DNA of 56,516 nt from Chara braunii (GCA_003427395.1 BFEA01000020.1:2767552-2824067), one strand, 5' to 3'; shown: positions 28,389 to 41,021, counted from the stretch's first letter. Program-made: numbers and translations. The notes: a model not told the origin generated them from the letters alone.

Positions 28389-31300
28389 CATTGTCACCCC
28401 CCGTCTCCCCAATCACCTACCAAGCACGCCACAAACACCCCCGCTTTCTCGATCTCCAACCGCCCTCCGTCACATTAACTACTCCCCCGAAGCCTAGCCA
28501 CCCTACAACAACACCAATTCCACCCCCCATCCTCTAACCCCCGATAACGCTCCAACAGTGAGACCCGGGCGATCTCCCATGTCCGGCAAGCCATAGCGAT
28601 CCAGCCCCCATCTCCAGCCACCATCCAGAAACGAATAGCCCCCCATCCAGACGCCCACGCACCAACGCGTGATCACCACCCAACACACCGCTAAATTCCA
28701 ACTATAATCCTTCAACCCCCCAATATCCCCCCCCCCCCCACCAACCTACACCAACCTAACCCAATTCCTGTGCAGGGCATACTCGTATATGCCTAGGCAG
28801 ACAGCCCAATTTCCACGTAGGCAAGCTGCGAATAGCAGCGTCCGATTTAACGCCGAAAACAACAACAACAATCAAACCGACGAAACACTAATACATAGCA
28901 AAAAGAGCAAAAGCAATCATTAAGAAAAAACAAAACGAACAACAGCAAGCATGGCCCAAAACTACCAACGCCGCTACAGCACGGTAGCAGCAACAAAAAC
29001 AGCCACCTCAAAGGACCCATCCCAAATTGCATCCAACGTGGATCATGAGACACTTCACTTCCTGTTGGAAGCCCCAAAAATTAAAGGAGAGAAAGTCACA
29101 ATCAAGGTCAGAAACGTTAAGGACAATACCGATGAGGAAGTGACCGCTTGGGCGTACCCAAAATACAAGATCGTCGACACCAACGCGACATACGAGAAGC
29201 ATGCACTCATCTTCTCCTTCTTCAACGTCGGTGCAAGACTCTCCCCCATCTAGAAAAGGAAATGGATGGTGAAAACCATCCAGGAACACGAGAACATCAA
29301 AACAGAAGTTTACAAGTTCTCCCTGCTAGGCCTGGGTAGAACCATGATGATCGTGGTCTTCAAAGATGCAGACCAAGCAACGCACATGTTGGAGAAATGT
29401 GAAACCTTGAACTACAACGGACCTGTCTGCACCCTGTCACGCTGGAAATCGGAGACAGCCCAGCGAGCTGAAGTCTCACCGACTGCCTCCTACAAACAGC
29501 GGTTGATGAGGGAGCAGTTTTGGGTACAATTCAACAACATCCCACCCAGAGGCCATCCCCTGCTTAAGGACCGGTTGGAAGTCGAATACCCAGCAAACAA
29601 AGTGATAAAGTGGGTCCTCCCCATGCCCGACTTCCTGGCCCCCAACTGCGATTCTGTCACAGCAATCCTGGAAGTACTGTCCGACGACCCCCCGGTGTTC
29701 CCAGAGGAGTGGCAATGTCTCATTGGGGACAAAGTCACGTCAGATGCAGAGAAGAGGTCACCTGGGAACAGATCCCAAATGCCCATGCTCCCCTGAACAA
29801 AAAAAACTGAGACAGAACGTGCTCGTCGAAGTTGAAGAGGCGAAAGGTATCTGGTTCGTTAGTGACCCAGACTACGACGGCAAGGTCTTCGACGACAATA
29901 TCCCAGAGCCTAAGTGGATATGGACATACACGAACACAACTCCGACAATCAAACAGCCAGACATCTTTCCACCGTCAGACAACAAATGGCACCACGTGGG
30001 AGCAAAGAAGATAACAAGGATCCCAGGGAAAATCTACTCAGACCCGATGGTGGACTCCCGGGCCATCAAAGAAGAAAAGAAACACGAAGACCTGCAGTGG
30101 GATCTCTATTCAATCAGACAGTAGACTGTAGACGCCCTCACCAAGCGAGAGGATGACAACGACATCCTGTTGTCATCCTGGACGCAGCCAAACAGATCAT
30201 CGGGGAACGCACCATTCAAACCAGCCCCTCCCTCAAGAGACGGGCCTCCCCACAAAAGGAGAACACTGAGACACCGAGTGGTAAGAAAATAAGAAAGAAC
30301 AGCTCAACTGAAAAGGGAAGCACCCCCTTTGACATACAGAGCACACAGGCAGCCCCGAATGATTCGGACCCCAGCCCAACATCAGATCAGGACTGTACTC
30401 ACAAAGGAATGGACATATCTCCCTCCAAGAGCGATAGAGTAGGCAAGCCAAAAGAACAGGGAGACTCCCCCATCGCCTGGCTGCAGGAATATCTGGAAAG
30501 AGCCAAAAATGAGAGGGAGAAAGATTCGACATCACAATGGCATGCATGATGCATCAGGAGAAGACAGGCCAGAGCAGCAAAGGCACGGTAGCAGGCATCC
30601 ACACATCCACACATCCACGAACACCTACGACATCGTGAGAGAACAAAGCGAGTTGTCAGAATTCAGCGCCTTCAGATATCCATGAGAAAAAGAGGGAAAG
30701 AGACAACTCGAGCTCGGAGTCTGGTTCCAGTGCAGAAACCCAGGTCCACAAGGACCCAATCAGAGACATGGTACCAAAGAAGTGGAAGCCCTCAAACGGC
30801 AGGGTCAAAAGACCCAGAAAGTCCACGACGGACACGATAGGAAATGACAACGAGCAGCGATCCCTCAAACAGGAGATCGCCATCGTCGCTGCTCAGACAA
30901 AGTGCCTGTTTGATCAGAACACGGAATACCGGAAAAGCAACCAAAAAGAGTACTGCACCATCCAAAACGTGGCAGACAACAAGCCCCCCCATATCACTGA
31001 GAAAGCTACCTCAGATCGCGATCAAGCCAGTCAGACCCTTGGTCCTATCTGGAACAGAAAGAAGTTCGGGAAGTGGCAGGTAGCCACAGATGTATCCTTC
31101 ACCTTCCCGGTCGTGGGTGACCATCGAACACTGGCCAAAACAATCAGGGAAGGCATATCCGAAGACTCCCCCTTAGGTGTCTACGGAATCCCTGGCCCCC
31201 TCGGGGAAGACTCGGACGAGATCGACCAGGAACTCGCCACAACCAGATCTTTTGAACCATTCCTTGTAAAATTAGAAGAAAAAGCGAGGCTGCACGAGGG

Positions 31301-34300
31301 GTTGGTGTGGAGAGCATGGAACACTGTGACCGCCTTGCCATACAACACATTCGCAGGCAAGATGTGCCCGGAGGAGGTCATGGCCGATTCCCAACGCTCC
31401 CTACAAGACGAAGTTGAGCCGTTGTACCTGGAACCGGAGGATGAGGATAGGCACATGAGGGAGTACGACGACGACGACGGGCTGAACGACAAGATATCCC
31501 CGGGCTGTGACGAGACCGATACCACCCCAGCATGGGAGGATACAGCCTGGGATCCTCCGCCGGGAGAAGGGCAAACGACAACAGCGGACGAACCGGAGGA
31601 ATCAGAGCTAACAGCGCAGGGACCACGGCAGCAGCTGATTAGAGACCCCCCCCCCCCCCCCCAACTGTACTCCGCACCACAACCGCTACCCCTAACACAG
31701 CAACCCGTCAAATGTAATCAAATGGNNNNNNNNNNNNNNNNNNNNNNNNNNNNNNNNNNNNNNNNNNNNNNNNNNNNNNNNNNNNNNNNNNNNNNNNNNN
31801 NNNNNNNNNNNNNNNNNNNNNNNNNNNNNNNNNNNNNNNNNNNNNNNNNNNNNNNNNNNNNNNNNNNNNNNNNNNNNNNNNNNNNNNNNNNNNNNNNNNN
31901 NNNNNNNNNNNNNNNNNNNNNNNNNNNNNNNNNNNNNNNNNNNNNNNNNNNNNNNNNNNNNNNNNNNNNNNNNNNNNNNNNNNNNAATCAAATGGACAAC
32001 AACAAAAATCAGTATGGGACAGTGAGAATGGACTGGCAAACCAAGGGGTCTGACGATCCACAGCTGGAACGTCAACGCCCTGGTCAACATTCTCGACGCA
32101 TATGACAAACTACGAGACATCAGACTCGGCCTCACAGAAAAAAGGAAAGCCCACACCCGACATCATTCTCCTACAAGAGACCCACCAATCCAACCTCACT
32201 AACCACACCAGAATAAAGAGGACAGCGGAGAAAAGCCTAGGGGGATGCCCTTTCTCACTGTGGTCCAAAAAAGCGAACCAAAGCATCCGCGACACAACAA
32301 TCCTCATACCAACTACTTCCAAAATCTGGTCTGAGGGTCTGGTAAGTACTGGCGAAGGAGACACAGCGGAAGGAAGATGGTCATGGATCCAAATTACATG
32401 GCAAGGGGAAGAGATCAGAATCCTAAACCTATACGCCCCCAACACGGAAGTTGAACGCCTAGCTTTCTTCGACCACATGAAATCATTTCTCCCGCCGCCG
32501 ATGCCGCTAATTATAGCAGGTGACTGGAACACTACGATGGACCCCAGCCTGGATCGCATTTCCCGGGCAGTGTTGTTGGGGCCCACACGAGCGAGCACAC
32601 ACATACGGAACATCATGACAGAGTTCAACTTGGTCGACCCATTCTGAATCCTCCACCCACGCACGAAAGTCTTCTCCCTAGTCAAGAGGAACCGATCTAA
32701 CCACACATAAATATCACGAATCGATTTCTTCCTAATTTCAGACATTCTACAGGGAGCAATTAAGGAGGCCAGTATCCTACAGCAGCAGACTTTAAGGGGC
32801 TCGACCACAAACCAAAAACTTCAACTCCTCGGTAGAAAAAGGACAAGGCTTCTTTAGACTCAACAACTCACTCCTCTCCACTGAACGCATGACCGAGGCA
32901 GTCAGATGGAACTGGTCGTTCATACAGCAAGACGAGAAGAAACACCAGGACAGGCACAAATGGTTCATAGACAACTATATGGACCTGTCTCAGACGGTCT
33001 CAGCAGAGTCTAGAAGCATAGCAGCAGACCGCAAACACAGGAAGGAGGAACTACAAATCGTACTCGACATCGTAGAAACCAACCTAGCATCTGATCCCTC
33101 TAACTCCTCCTACCACGACCTACTCCAATCAACCAAAGACGAACTAAATGAATGGAGAAGATGGGAACTCAAAGGCCTACAAATACGCACCCGTATGAAT
33201 GACTACACCCTCCAAGATCAAGGCCAACGCAAGGAATAACACAATCGAGGGGCTGAAGGACCAAAGTCAATCAGCGCAAACATGGTAAGAATAGCCAGGT
33301 CCTTTTACGCCGACCTCTACGAGTCCAACCCCCCCCCCCCCCCCCCAGCGAACATCATCGCCCGCCTGCACATGATAATCTACCTAGAGAGAACGGTCAC
33401 CCAAAAACAAACGTAGGACTTGGACAAACCAATCACCATAGGGGAACTNNNNNNNNNNNNNNNNNNNNNNNNNNNNNNNNNNNNNNNNNNNNNNNNNNNN
33501 NNNNNNNNNNNNNNCCCCCCCCCCCCTCCAACAACAAATATCAACGTCCGCCAACACATTGACCTGCCTAGAAAGAACGATTACCCAAGAACAAACGGAG
33601 GACTTGGACAAACCAATCACCATAGGGGAACTTCACCAGGAATTGATGGCCTGTCCAAAGAATTCTGGATCCAGTTCTGGCCAACACTGGGCAACGACCT
33701 CTTGAACTTCATCAACGACAGTATGGAAAAGAGAGGCCTGGGTCAATTTCTAAGCACCAGCGTAGTGTCACTAATATACAAAAAAAGGAGACAAGGAGGA
33801 CCTCAAGAACTACAGACCAATCTCACTTCTCACAACGCCATACAAAATCCTAGCAAAAGCATTAGCCAACAAAATCATAAAACTAACAGACAATTGCTTT
33901 CACATCAACCAAGCAGGATTCATCCCGGGTTGATACATTCTGGATAATGTGATGGCTCTAAATGAGGCAGCAAAGAAGATCACAAAAAAACGAATGCAAG
34001 CAGCGATCTTATTCTTCGACTTTGAAAAGGCGTACGATCAAGTCAATTGGGACTTCCTCCACAGCTGCATGGAAAAGATGGGAGTCGGCCCAAATTTCTG
34101 AGAATGGGTTAAGAGTACTCTAAGGGGATGCCACTACCACGGTGCAGATAAACAAAATAATGTCAGAAACCTACCCGATATCGAGATTCGTCCGGCAAGG
34201 CGACCCCCTTGCACCCCCAATATTCCTGCTCATAATGGAAGCCATCGCATCTTTCCTGCGCAAGGACCCATCCATAGACCGCCTCACCGAACAAAACTGC

Positions 34301-36893
34301 AACCCCCTCTACGACTTTGCTCTCCCCACTGCACAGATGTTCGCAGACGATCTCACGGTCCTCATCCGCGCTAACAACTTCACCTTCCAGGCCCTCGCCC
34401 GCACCATGGAAGCCTTCAAACTCTCCTCATAAATGAAAGTGAATTGGCTAAAAACGGAAGGGTGGTGGCTCACAGAAGGCATCTCCCCCCAACCCCGAGA
34501 CCCATCCACCCCAATGTCTTGGACTACAGGCGATCAAGCACTTCGATATCTACGCATCATGGTAAGTAAGGATGACATCTGATAAGGGATGGGGGAGTCA
34601 CTACTCGCCAGAGCAATAACCCGTTTAGCCACCTACAACAAAACTCAAGCCTCCTTACTAGGAAGAACCCTAATTATCAACACAACAGTATTCTCCACCT
34701 TGTGGTCATGGCCTCCATATGGTGCCCCCCCGACGACGACCTGAAGAAGCTGAAGGCTACAACCAGGTGCTATATGTGGACTGGCAACCCCAACAGAACC
34801 ACCTGCATAAACAAGGTGGCCTCACAAACTGTCATCAGGAAACCACAAGAAGGAGGGCTAGGTATAATCTAATGGATAATAAAAAATCCTAACCAAATCA
34901 AATGGATAATCAAAATCCTAACCAAACAAGCCCTCCCATGGACCGCGATGGCAATAGACAGCATAAGGAATTTGGCACCAGCAGCGACCCCACCAAACAT
35001 GAGTGGCCTATCCTAGATTATCGCAAAGGAGTGGACAATCAAATCGGGGAGACCAGCAAGGAAAACTAACACAGCGACCCCCATTCAACCCCCCACTACA
35101 CCCACCCCCTACTAGTCTCCGATCCTGAAGACCTGGCGTCGTCTGATGCCAAAAAGGAAAGGCCCCCCGAGCAACAAAGAGGAAGTCCTACAACAACCCC
35201 TGTTCTGCAATCCCTGGATCAAAGACACAGAGGGCAAACCGTGGACTCTCCGGGCCAAAGACCGCAGATGGCTGTCATGGGTGGAGAGAGGAGTATGGCA
35301 GGTCAAACATATGTGGTCCGAAGACAGACAAGAATGGCTCACCGCACAGGACCTCCGCACTCCCATAAAAGGTTGCCATCTACTGACCACCAACCTGTCC
35401 GAAATCCTCCTAAGCATTTCCCTCCCATGCACGACCCTCCTAAAAGAGACACATACCTGGAAACCAGAAGACTGGGGACTGCTCATCACACAAACCCCAC
35501 CAACGAAAGCCTACTGTTTTGAGTCAAAACCGGACTTAATCAACTACCAGGCCAAGTTCGTATCCTACCCCATCATCAAACATGACCTATATGAACTAGA
35601 GATCCTAAACAAAACACCACAGAACGAACAAATAGAAACCTACCTTCTCAGGAAGGTTAGTCTCTCACAAGACACCCTGGTTTATATTCCAGCCGGAGCT
35701 CGGCATCAACGAGTTGAAATTCAACCCAAAGGAATGGATCTGGGATCTGGGTGCCGCCAGTAAATCGAGAAGGATAACAGAATATGATGTAAAGTTCGGG
35801 TATAACCTCGGACTACAAACCAGGGACCCGATTTCAATGCTGGCAGAGAAATGGAGAACCATACTGAACCTAGATACCACGACCCCCATCACCATCACAT
35901 GGACCAAATACCTTCTCATCAGACCAAGCAGAATCCGAAGTATGCAATGGCTAATAGCACATGCAGCCCTGACAGTCAACCAATGGTTACATGAGAGAAG
36001 GAAACATTCTGATCCTGATAACTCTGCATGCTGCTCAATGTGTAGCAACGACTCACCCGAAGCCATCCCCCACTGCCTCCTCTTCTGCCCTGATGCAATC
36101 TGGATATGGAAGAAGATCCGCGAGCTATGGTCGATCCTGTTCGTTGCCCCCCCCCCAAAAAAACTTGCCCCCTATCTCTATCCTACTTCTAACTAACATC
36201 CCCATCAACATCACAGGCAGCTGGGAAGCATGGTTCACCCTACTCAGGAAGCTGGCACTGTGCGTGATACAAAAACGCAGATGCACTCAGACAATCGAGG
36301 GAACAGAGGTGGCACGAGAAGAAATGTGGTCACTACTGCTGAGCATGGCAGAGACGGAAATCAGGAGCAGATGGCAGAGAATAGCAAACTCTACGGGACA
36401 CAGACCAGAAAGACAAGCAACCAAGAAACGGACTTTCATAAGGAACTGGTTGCTAAAAGGCAAGGTGGCAACAATAGTAGACAATAGACTGAGATGGAAG
36501 AAATGGCACCAGGCAGAAGCATGAAGACCACAAGGATACATGCCGGGAGACCTGGCAGAAGGTTCTGAATGGTGATCAACAAAAAGAGGACCGGACACAC
36601 AGGGAAAGACAAGGACAAGCAACAGGACACAGAGCGGACCCCCCCACTGTTGTCGTATTACAGGGACTCATTCGACAGGCTCTAAATAGAAGCCTGAGAG
36701 GAACAAATGGTCAGGGCGAGCTCACAGTCAATCCTCCTTAGAAGGAGCAATCAATGCTGATCACGGGTCCTTCGGGCAGACGGAAGGAAGGGTTGAGTGG
36801 GTAATATGATGTAATCCGTTTTTGACTTGCCAGGGGAATAGGAACTGGACTGACGCTCCCCAGAATGGATATGGAGCCAGGACCCTAAGGACC

Positions 36894-36927
<34 letters not shown>
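28389..36927 (+). mobile_element. Near full-length decayed LINE (L1/Tx1-like)
   Basis: C-rich 5' region, fragmented ORF1 (~28951-31725), ORF2 with APE endonuclease, RT and C-terminal Cys/His finger, 3' UTR and a ~30-nt poly(A). Confidence 0.92.
32040..36524 (+). pseudogene. LINE ORF2 (APE endonuclease - RT - zinc finger), disrupted
   Basis: SWNVN, IILLQETH, LNLYAPN, IIAGDWN, SRIDFFL; SPGIDGL, YRPISLL, FDFEKAYD, VRQGDPLAP, FADDL; CSMC...HCLLFCP. Many stops and frameshifts. Confidence 0.92.
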
Positions 36928-36931
<4 letters not shown>

Positions 36932-37366
36932 ATTGTGGGTAGTGATATGGATGGTCCATACGTCATCAGAATCCCTGGTCATCTGTGATATGGATGGTCC
37001 TTCATACGTCATCAGAATCCCTGGTCATCTGCGCACTTACCCTGTATTTCACGCTTCGAAGCTTGCACCTTTCGCTGAGACAGATCCATTTCCATCAAGA
37101 AGGTCAATGCTGGCGCCAACCATGGATGGCCACGTTGACGTCAAGTTCGTCAACGATATTGTGGAACACAGAGACTTGCCTGTTCCCAAGCCAGAGGGCA
37201 GAGGAAGACCCCCCAACCCCGGTCAGGTTCAGGCATCATACGGATCCGAAGGAAGATCGTTGGTTCACAAGAGAGCCTGTCAATACAGCCCCTTACATCG
37301 TTCCAGAATACGAACGGAGACTGCGTAGAAGCATCTCAGAGACTTTCGAAGCTCAGGGGGATGGAA
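36928..37366 (+). pseudogene. Gypsy integrase C-terminus/chromodomain remnant and PPT
   Basis: GPSYVIRIPGHLRTYPVFHASKLAPF...VRFRHHTDPKEDRWFTRE; purine tract AGGGGGATGGAA before the LTR. Confidence 0.85.
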
Positions 37367-38426
37367 TCCGAGGAATGAGCCCTCGCGGGGCCCTTGTCAG
37401 CAATGCACATGTTCTGGGCTGAGGCCTCCAGCAAGGCCTGTGCCCGCCCTAAGTGAAGGCGGGCCAAAATATCCACATGAGGCCTATTTCAGACATTGTC
37501 CATATGTGGGTACTCAGACAATTGCAGCACGCCAGCTGGTTACAGTGAAATGTGAGCCTTCTGGCTCTTTCCAGAAACTTGGGTTGCGCCCTGGGCACGC
37601 ACAGTGTGGGGTTGACACATCACGCAGCGGCCATTGTCGTCACACATGAGCCGGAGCCAATGAGAAAGCGGCAAAGACTTGGAGGCTGCGTGGCTGCCTG
37701 AATGTGCTTAACTGCACGAGGCCCAGACCAATATCGGGAACTGGGCCTGGGCGCAGACACCTGGGGCCCAACCGAAGCTACTGGGCCCCCCCACATGCCT
37801 GGCCAGGCCAGCCAGCCGCGACACACTTTCCATAAAGGAAAGTGTGGAAAGTGTGAGCCCCTCTGGCAGAGGCATTCGGGCCTTGGCAGGCAATGCGGAC
37901 ACGCTGCTGCGCTGCTGCGCTAGCGTCTGCATGGGCCTGCCGGTCGGACGCGCCCACGGGCGCTGAGGTGAGGGGCGCTGCAAGGGCGGCGGGCACACAA
38001 CAGCCATAGCCGGCCTGCAGGGGCGCAAGGCGGGGGATGGCGGATGTGCGTGATGTGGGGAGACGAGGGATGATGAGGAGAGAGAGAGAGAGGACGTACC
38101 TGGCGTATGCTGGTGGTCGGCATTGGTGTTGACGTCACGTACATTGGTCTTCGACTTCGGTGTGATCCAGTCGCATGAACATAGATAGCATAGATAGGCT
38201 GAGTAGAGTAGGCTGGGCACTGAGCGCCAGACAGCAGGGGCGGCATTGGAAACAGTGTTCGTGTGACCAGAGAGTGTCAGCATTGGCACTCAAATTCATT
38301 GTAGTGCTCTTATGTGGATGGTATCTTGGTCCATTTGAGCTCTCTGCTTGGTACTTGACTATCTGGACTACTTCGTGATGCTGCATTCTGGTTTTCTGTC
38401 TATCGCTCTCGCTCATATTCCTTGCA
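37367..38426 (+). mobile_element. 3' LTR of the Gypsy fragment
   Basis: Follows the PPT; T(C)CGAGG...CCTTGCA termini; homologous to the other three LTRs. Confidence 0.85.
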
Positions 38427-39428
38427 ATGACCTGAGCACCACCATAGAATGAACATAGCTGACCTTCCATGGAATTCCAGATGCTTCCACTTGCTCCCAG
38501 AAAACTCGTGCCAATAATCATAAATGACTTCCCAACATACTGCACAAAGCCATGATCAACAACTATCCTCATGAATCTATTGCACCATCATCACTGAATG
38601 ATTCACAGATCATGAAATCGTGAGATGGGAAGAACCTCAACATGAAGAACGCTCGCAGTACCGAATATTCTCACCTCCTCCGCCAGTAAGAAACTCAACA
38701 CCATTATACGCAATAACCCGTCCTCAAAAAGCTCCCCTCGAATGAAACACAACTGAGATGATGTCACTCATCGTCCTCAATGTCTCCAGCACGTAATGAA
38801 CCACATGAAACATATCAAGTCAACCACCGCTTCATCTACCGTGTGACAATACTAAGAACCCGCTGGCCTTTTATAGCGCACTACCAATAACAGTACTGTG
38901 AACAGTGCATACGTCGGTGAAAACTCCCCACCGCCCATGACTATGCACGATCGATGAATCTGAACCCAAACACGTCAGCCATACTGTTTGTTCACTACCT
39001 CACAATACTGCCCTACGACAACCACACATATCAGATTCGACAGCAAGCTTACATAAACGAAGCTTCAGACAGACACGTGTATTGCGGTATATACACACGG
39101 CCAAGGTGTTGAACATTGCTTACCAGAAGAATGTTCCATTAGCTGTCAAGGTGCAAAATATTCAAACCAGAGAGCTGCGCTGTGGGTATAAACTTGAGGG
39201 CCACTCGATCACCATCAAACCTCCTGTCGAATGGACACATTGCAATCCACACTCTGCATCGACATCAAATTTTAGTAACACGGGGGCCCCGAAACCAGGA
39301 AACACTGGTGTGCCCATTTTGCAGAACCCCAAAAATAAAAAAACAGCCTTGCACCACCACCGTGAGTAACTCCACATTCCAATCCCTACACAATAAAACA
39401 AACACACCCCTCCCCACAGTCAACAGGT

Positions 39429-39442
39429 AGAGAGAGAGAGAG

Positions 39443-39525
<83 letters not shown>
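39429..39525. repeat. (GA)n(GT)n(GA)n microsatellite
   Basis: Directly visible. Confidence 0.95.
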
Positions 39526-40718
39526 CTCAGAGCGCAAGCATCGGTGCCTGCCCCCATGTCGAAGATGAATTGGTTGGTGTTTATGATCTGCTTAGGATTT
39601 TTTTTTTTTTCCCATATACAAAACGAATGTCGTCATAAACAACAAAAAGGTTGAAAAAACTCCAAAACGAAAAACAAACAAACAAAACCCCAGGTTATGA
39701 TGAAACCTCCAGAGGGCGTTAAGACGTTTTCTGGCTGTCAGAATATATCAGAATCTCCCACTTGGAAATACACGCTTTTTCATTTTTTTTTCTTTTTTCC
39801 TTTTTATTATTTCTGCATATATTGCATTGAGCCTCACTGCTCGACACCTTGAGCACACACGCACATTGAGAGATGCACGAAATCCACTCTGGAGTCCAGA
39901 AATATTCCTCACGGGGCTTCACTTCACCCCATCTCACTTTACCTATTGGTTAAGTGATCCGCCTCTTTAGTGGTAGGTCATAGGTTCGGTTCCTAGTGAG
40001 TTGATCTTGGACTTCTTGTGTATACATCCACTGCTACTCAGCTCTATCACTACTACTGACTTATGCGGTATGGCCGCCTTCCCTCTCAGTGCAGCGCTGC
40101 CCAGCAGGGCTCTTGCGTGCATGTCATTCGCGGATAGCGCACAAGCGCTTCAGCAGCACTTCCAGACTTCTCACGAATGAGCAATCTCCCGGAAATGTGG
40201 CTGGCCAGTCCTTATATTGACTTGGTTGAAGTCTGGCTGGTGCTGTGGGTTGTCCCTCAGTGCATTTGGGTCGAGTCTGGGTACACCAGGTCATGGTTGA
40301 TGCATGCTGGGGTGGGGTGAAATATTCCTCACGGGGCTTCACTTCATCCCAGTTCACCTATTGGTTAAGTGATCCGCCTCTTTGGTGATAGGTCATAGGT
40401 TCGGTTCCTAGTGAGTCGATCTTGGACTTCTTGTGTATAAAATCAAGCACTTATGAACCAGTCGGATGCCCTTGCCGTAGTGCTTGGTTGAAGTCTGGCC
40501 GGTGCCATGGGTTGTCCCTCACGTGCATTCGGGTCGAGTCGAGTCTGGGTACACAGGGTCATGGTTGATCCATGATGGGGTGGGGTGAAATGTCCTTCAT
40601 GGGACTTCATTTTCATCCCAGCTCACATTACCTATTGATCAAGTGATCCTCCTCTTTGGTGGTAGGTCATAGGTTCGATTCCTAGTGAGTTGATCTTGCA
40701 CTTCTTGTGTATAAAAAC

Positions 40719-40776
40719 AAGCACTTATGAACCGGTCGGACGCCCTTGCAGTAGTGCTTGGTTGAAGTCTGGCCGG
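40719..40776 (+). ncRNA. Candidate minimal HDV-like ribozyme fold (second copy at 40445-40502)
   Basis: P1 AAGCACT/AGTGCTT, P2 CCGGTCGG(AC)/(GT)CTGGCCGG, P3 ACG/CGT (consensus of the two copies) around loop CCCTTGC, followed by GG. The catalytic-C position reads TGAA. Confidence 0.4.
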
Positions 40777-40873
40777 TGCCGTGGGTTGTCCCTCACGTGC
40801 ATTCGGGTCGCGTCATGGTTGATCCATGCTCGGGTAGGGTGAAATGCCCCTCACGGGGCTTCACTTTCATCCC

Positions 40874-40945
40874 AGCTCACTTTACCTATTGGTTAAGTGA
40901 TCCGCCTCTTTGGTGGCAGGTCATAGGTTCGATTCCTAGTGAGTT
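40874..40945 (+). ncRNA. tRNA-like cassette within the repeat unit (not a functional tRNA)
   Basis: 72 nt. Acceptor stem AGCTCAC/GTGAGTT, D-loop-like TATTGGTTAAG, anticodon-like hairpin CCGC-CTCTTTG-GTGG, B box GGTTCGATTCC. Equivalent cassettes occur in the other units. Confidence 0.7.
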
Positions 40946-41021
40946 GATCTTGGACTTCTTCTTGTGTATAAAAACAAAATTATATTGACTTGGAGTGAGC
41001 CTCAATTGACTTACCGTGAGG

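Larger units (their letters stand above)
40226..40979 (+). mobile_element. Retroposed tandem trimer of ~270-bp tRNA-containing units (SINE/retrozyme-like)
   Basis: Units recur at 40221, 40483 and 40757 (periods 262 and 274 bp). A-rich end. 14-bp TSD TTATATTGACTTGG (40212-40225, 40980-40993). The insert is absent from the homologous repeat at ~46968-46990. A partial fourth copy lies at ~39899-40023. Confidence 0.85.

Noticed and set aside
38430-38880. TATA-like TATAAAAG on the minus strand followed by a degenerate ORF
   Set aside because: Multiple stops and no recognisable homology.
40449-40496. Hammerhead reading of CTTATGA...GAAG in the repeat unit
   Set aside because: Two core deviations from CUGANGA/GAAA and stem II is out of register; the HDV-type pseudoknot fits better.
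40221-40979. CRISPR array
   Set aside because: Whole units repeat without unique spacers; the context is eukaryotic and there are no cas genes.
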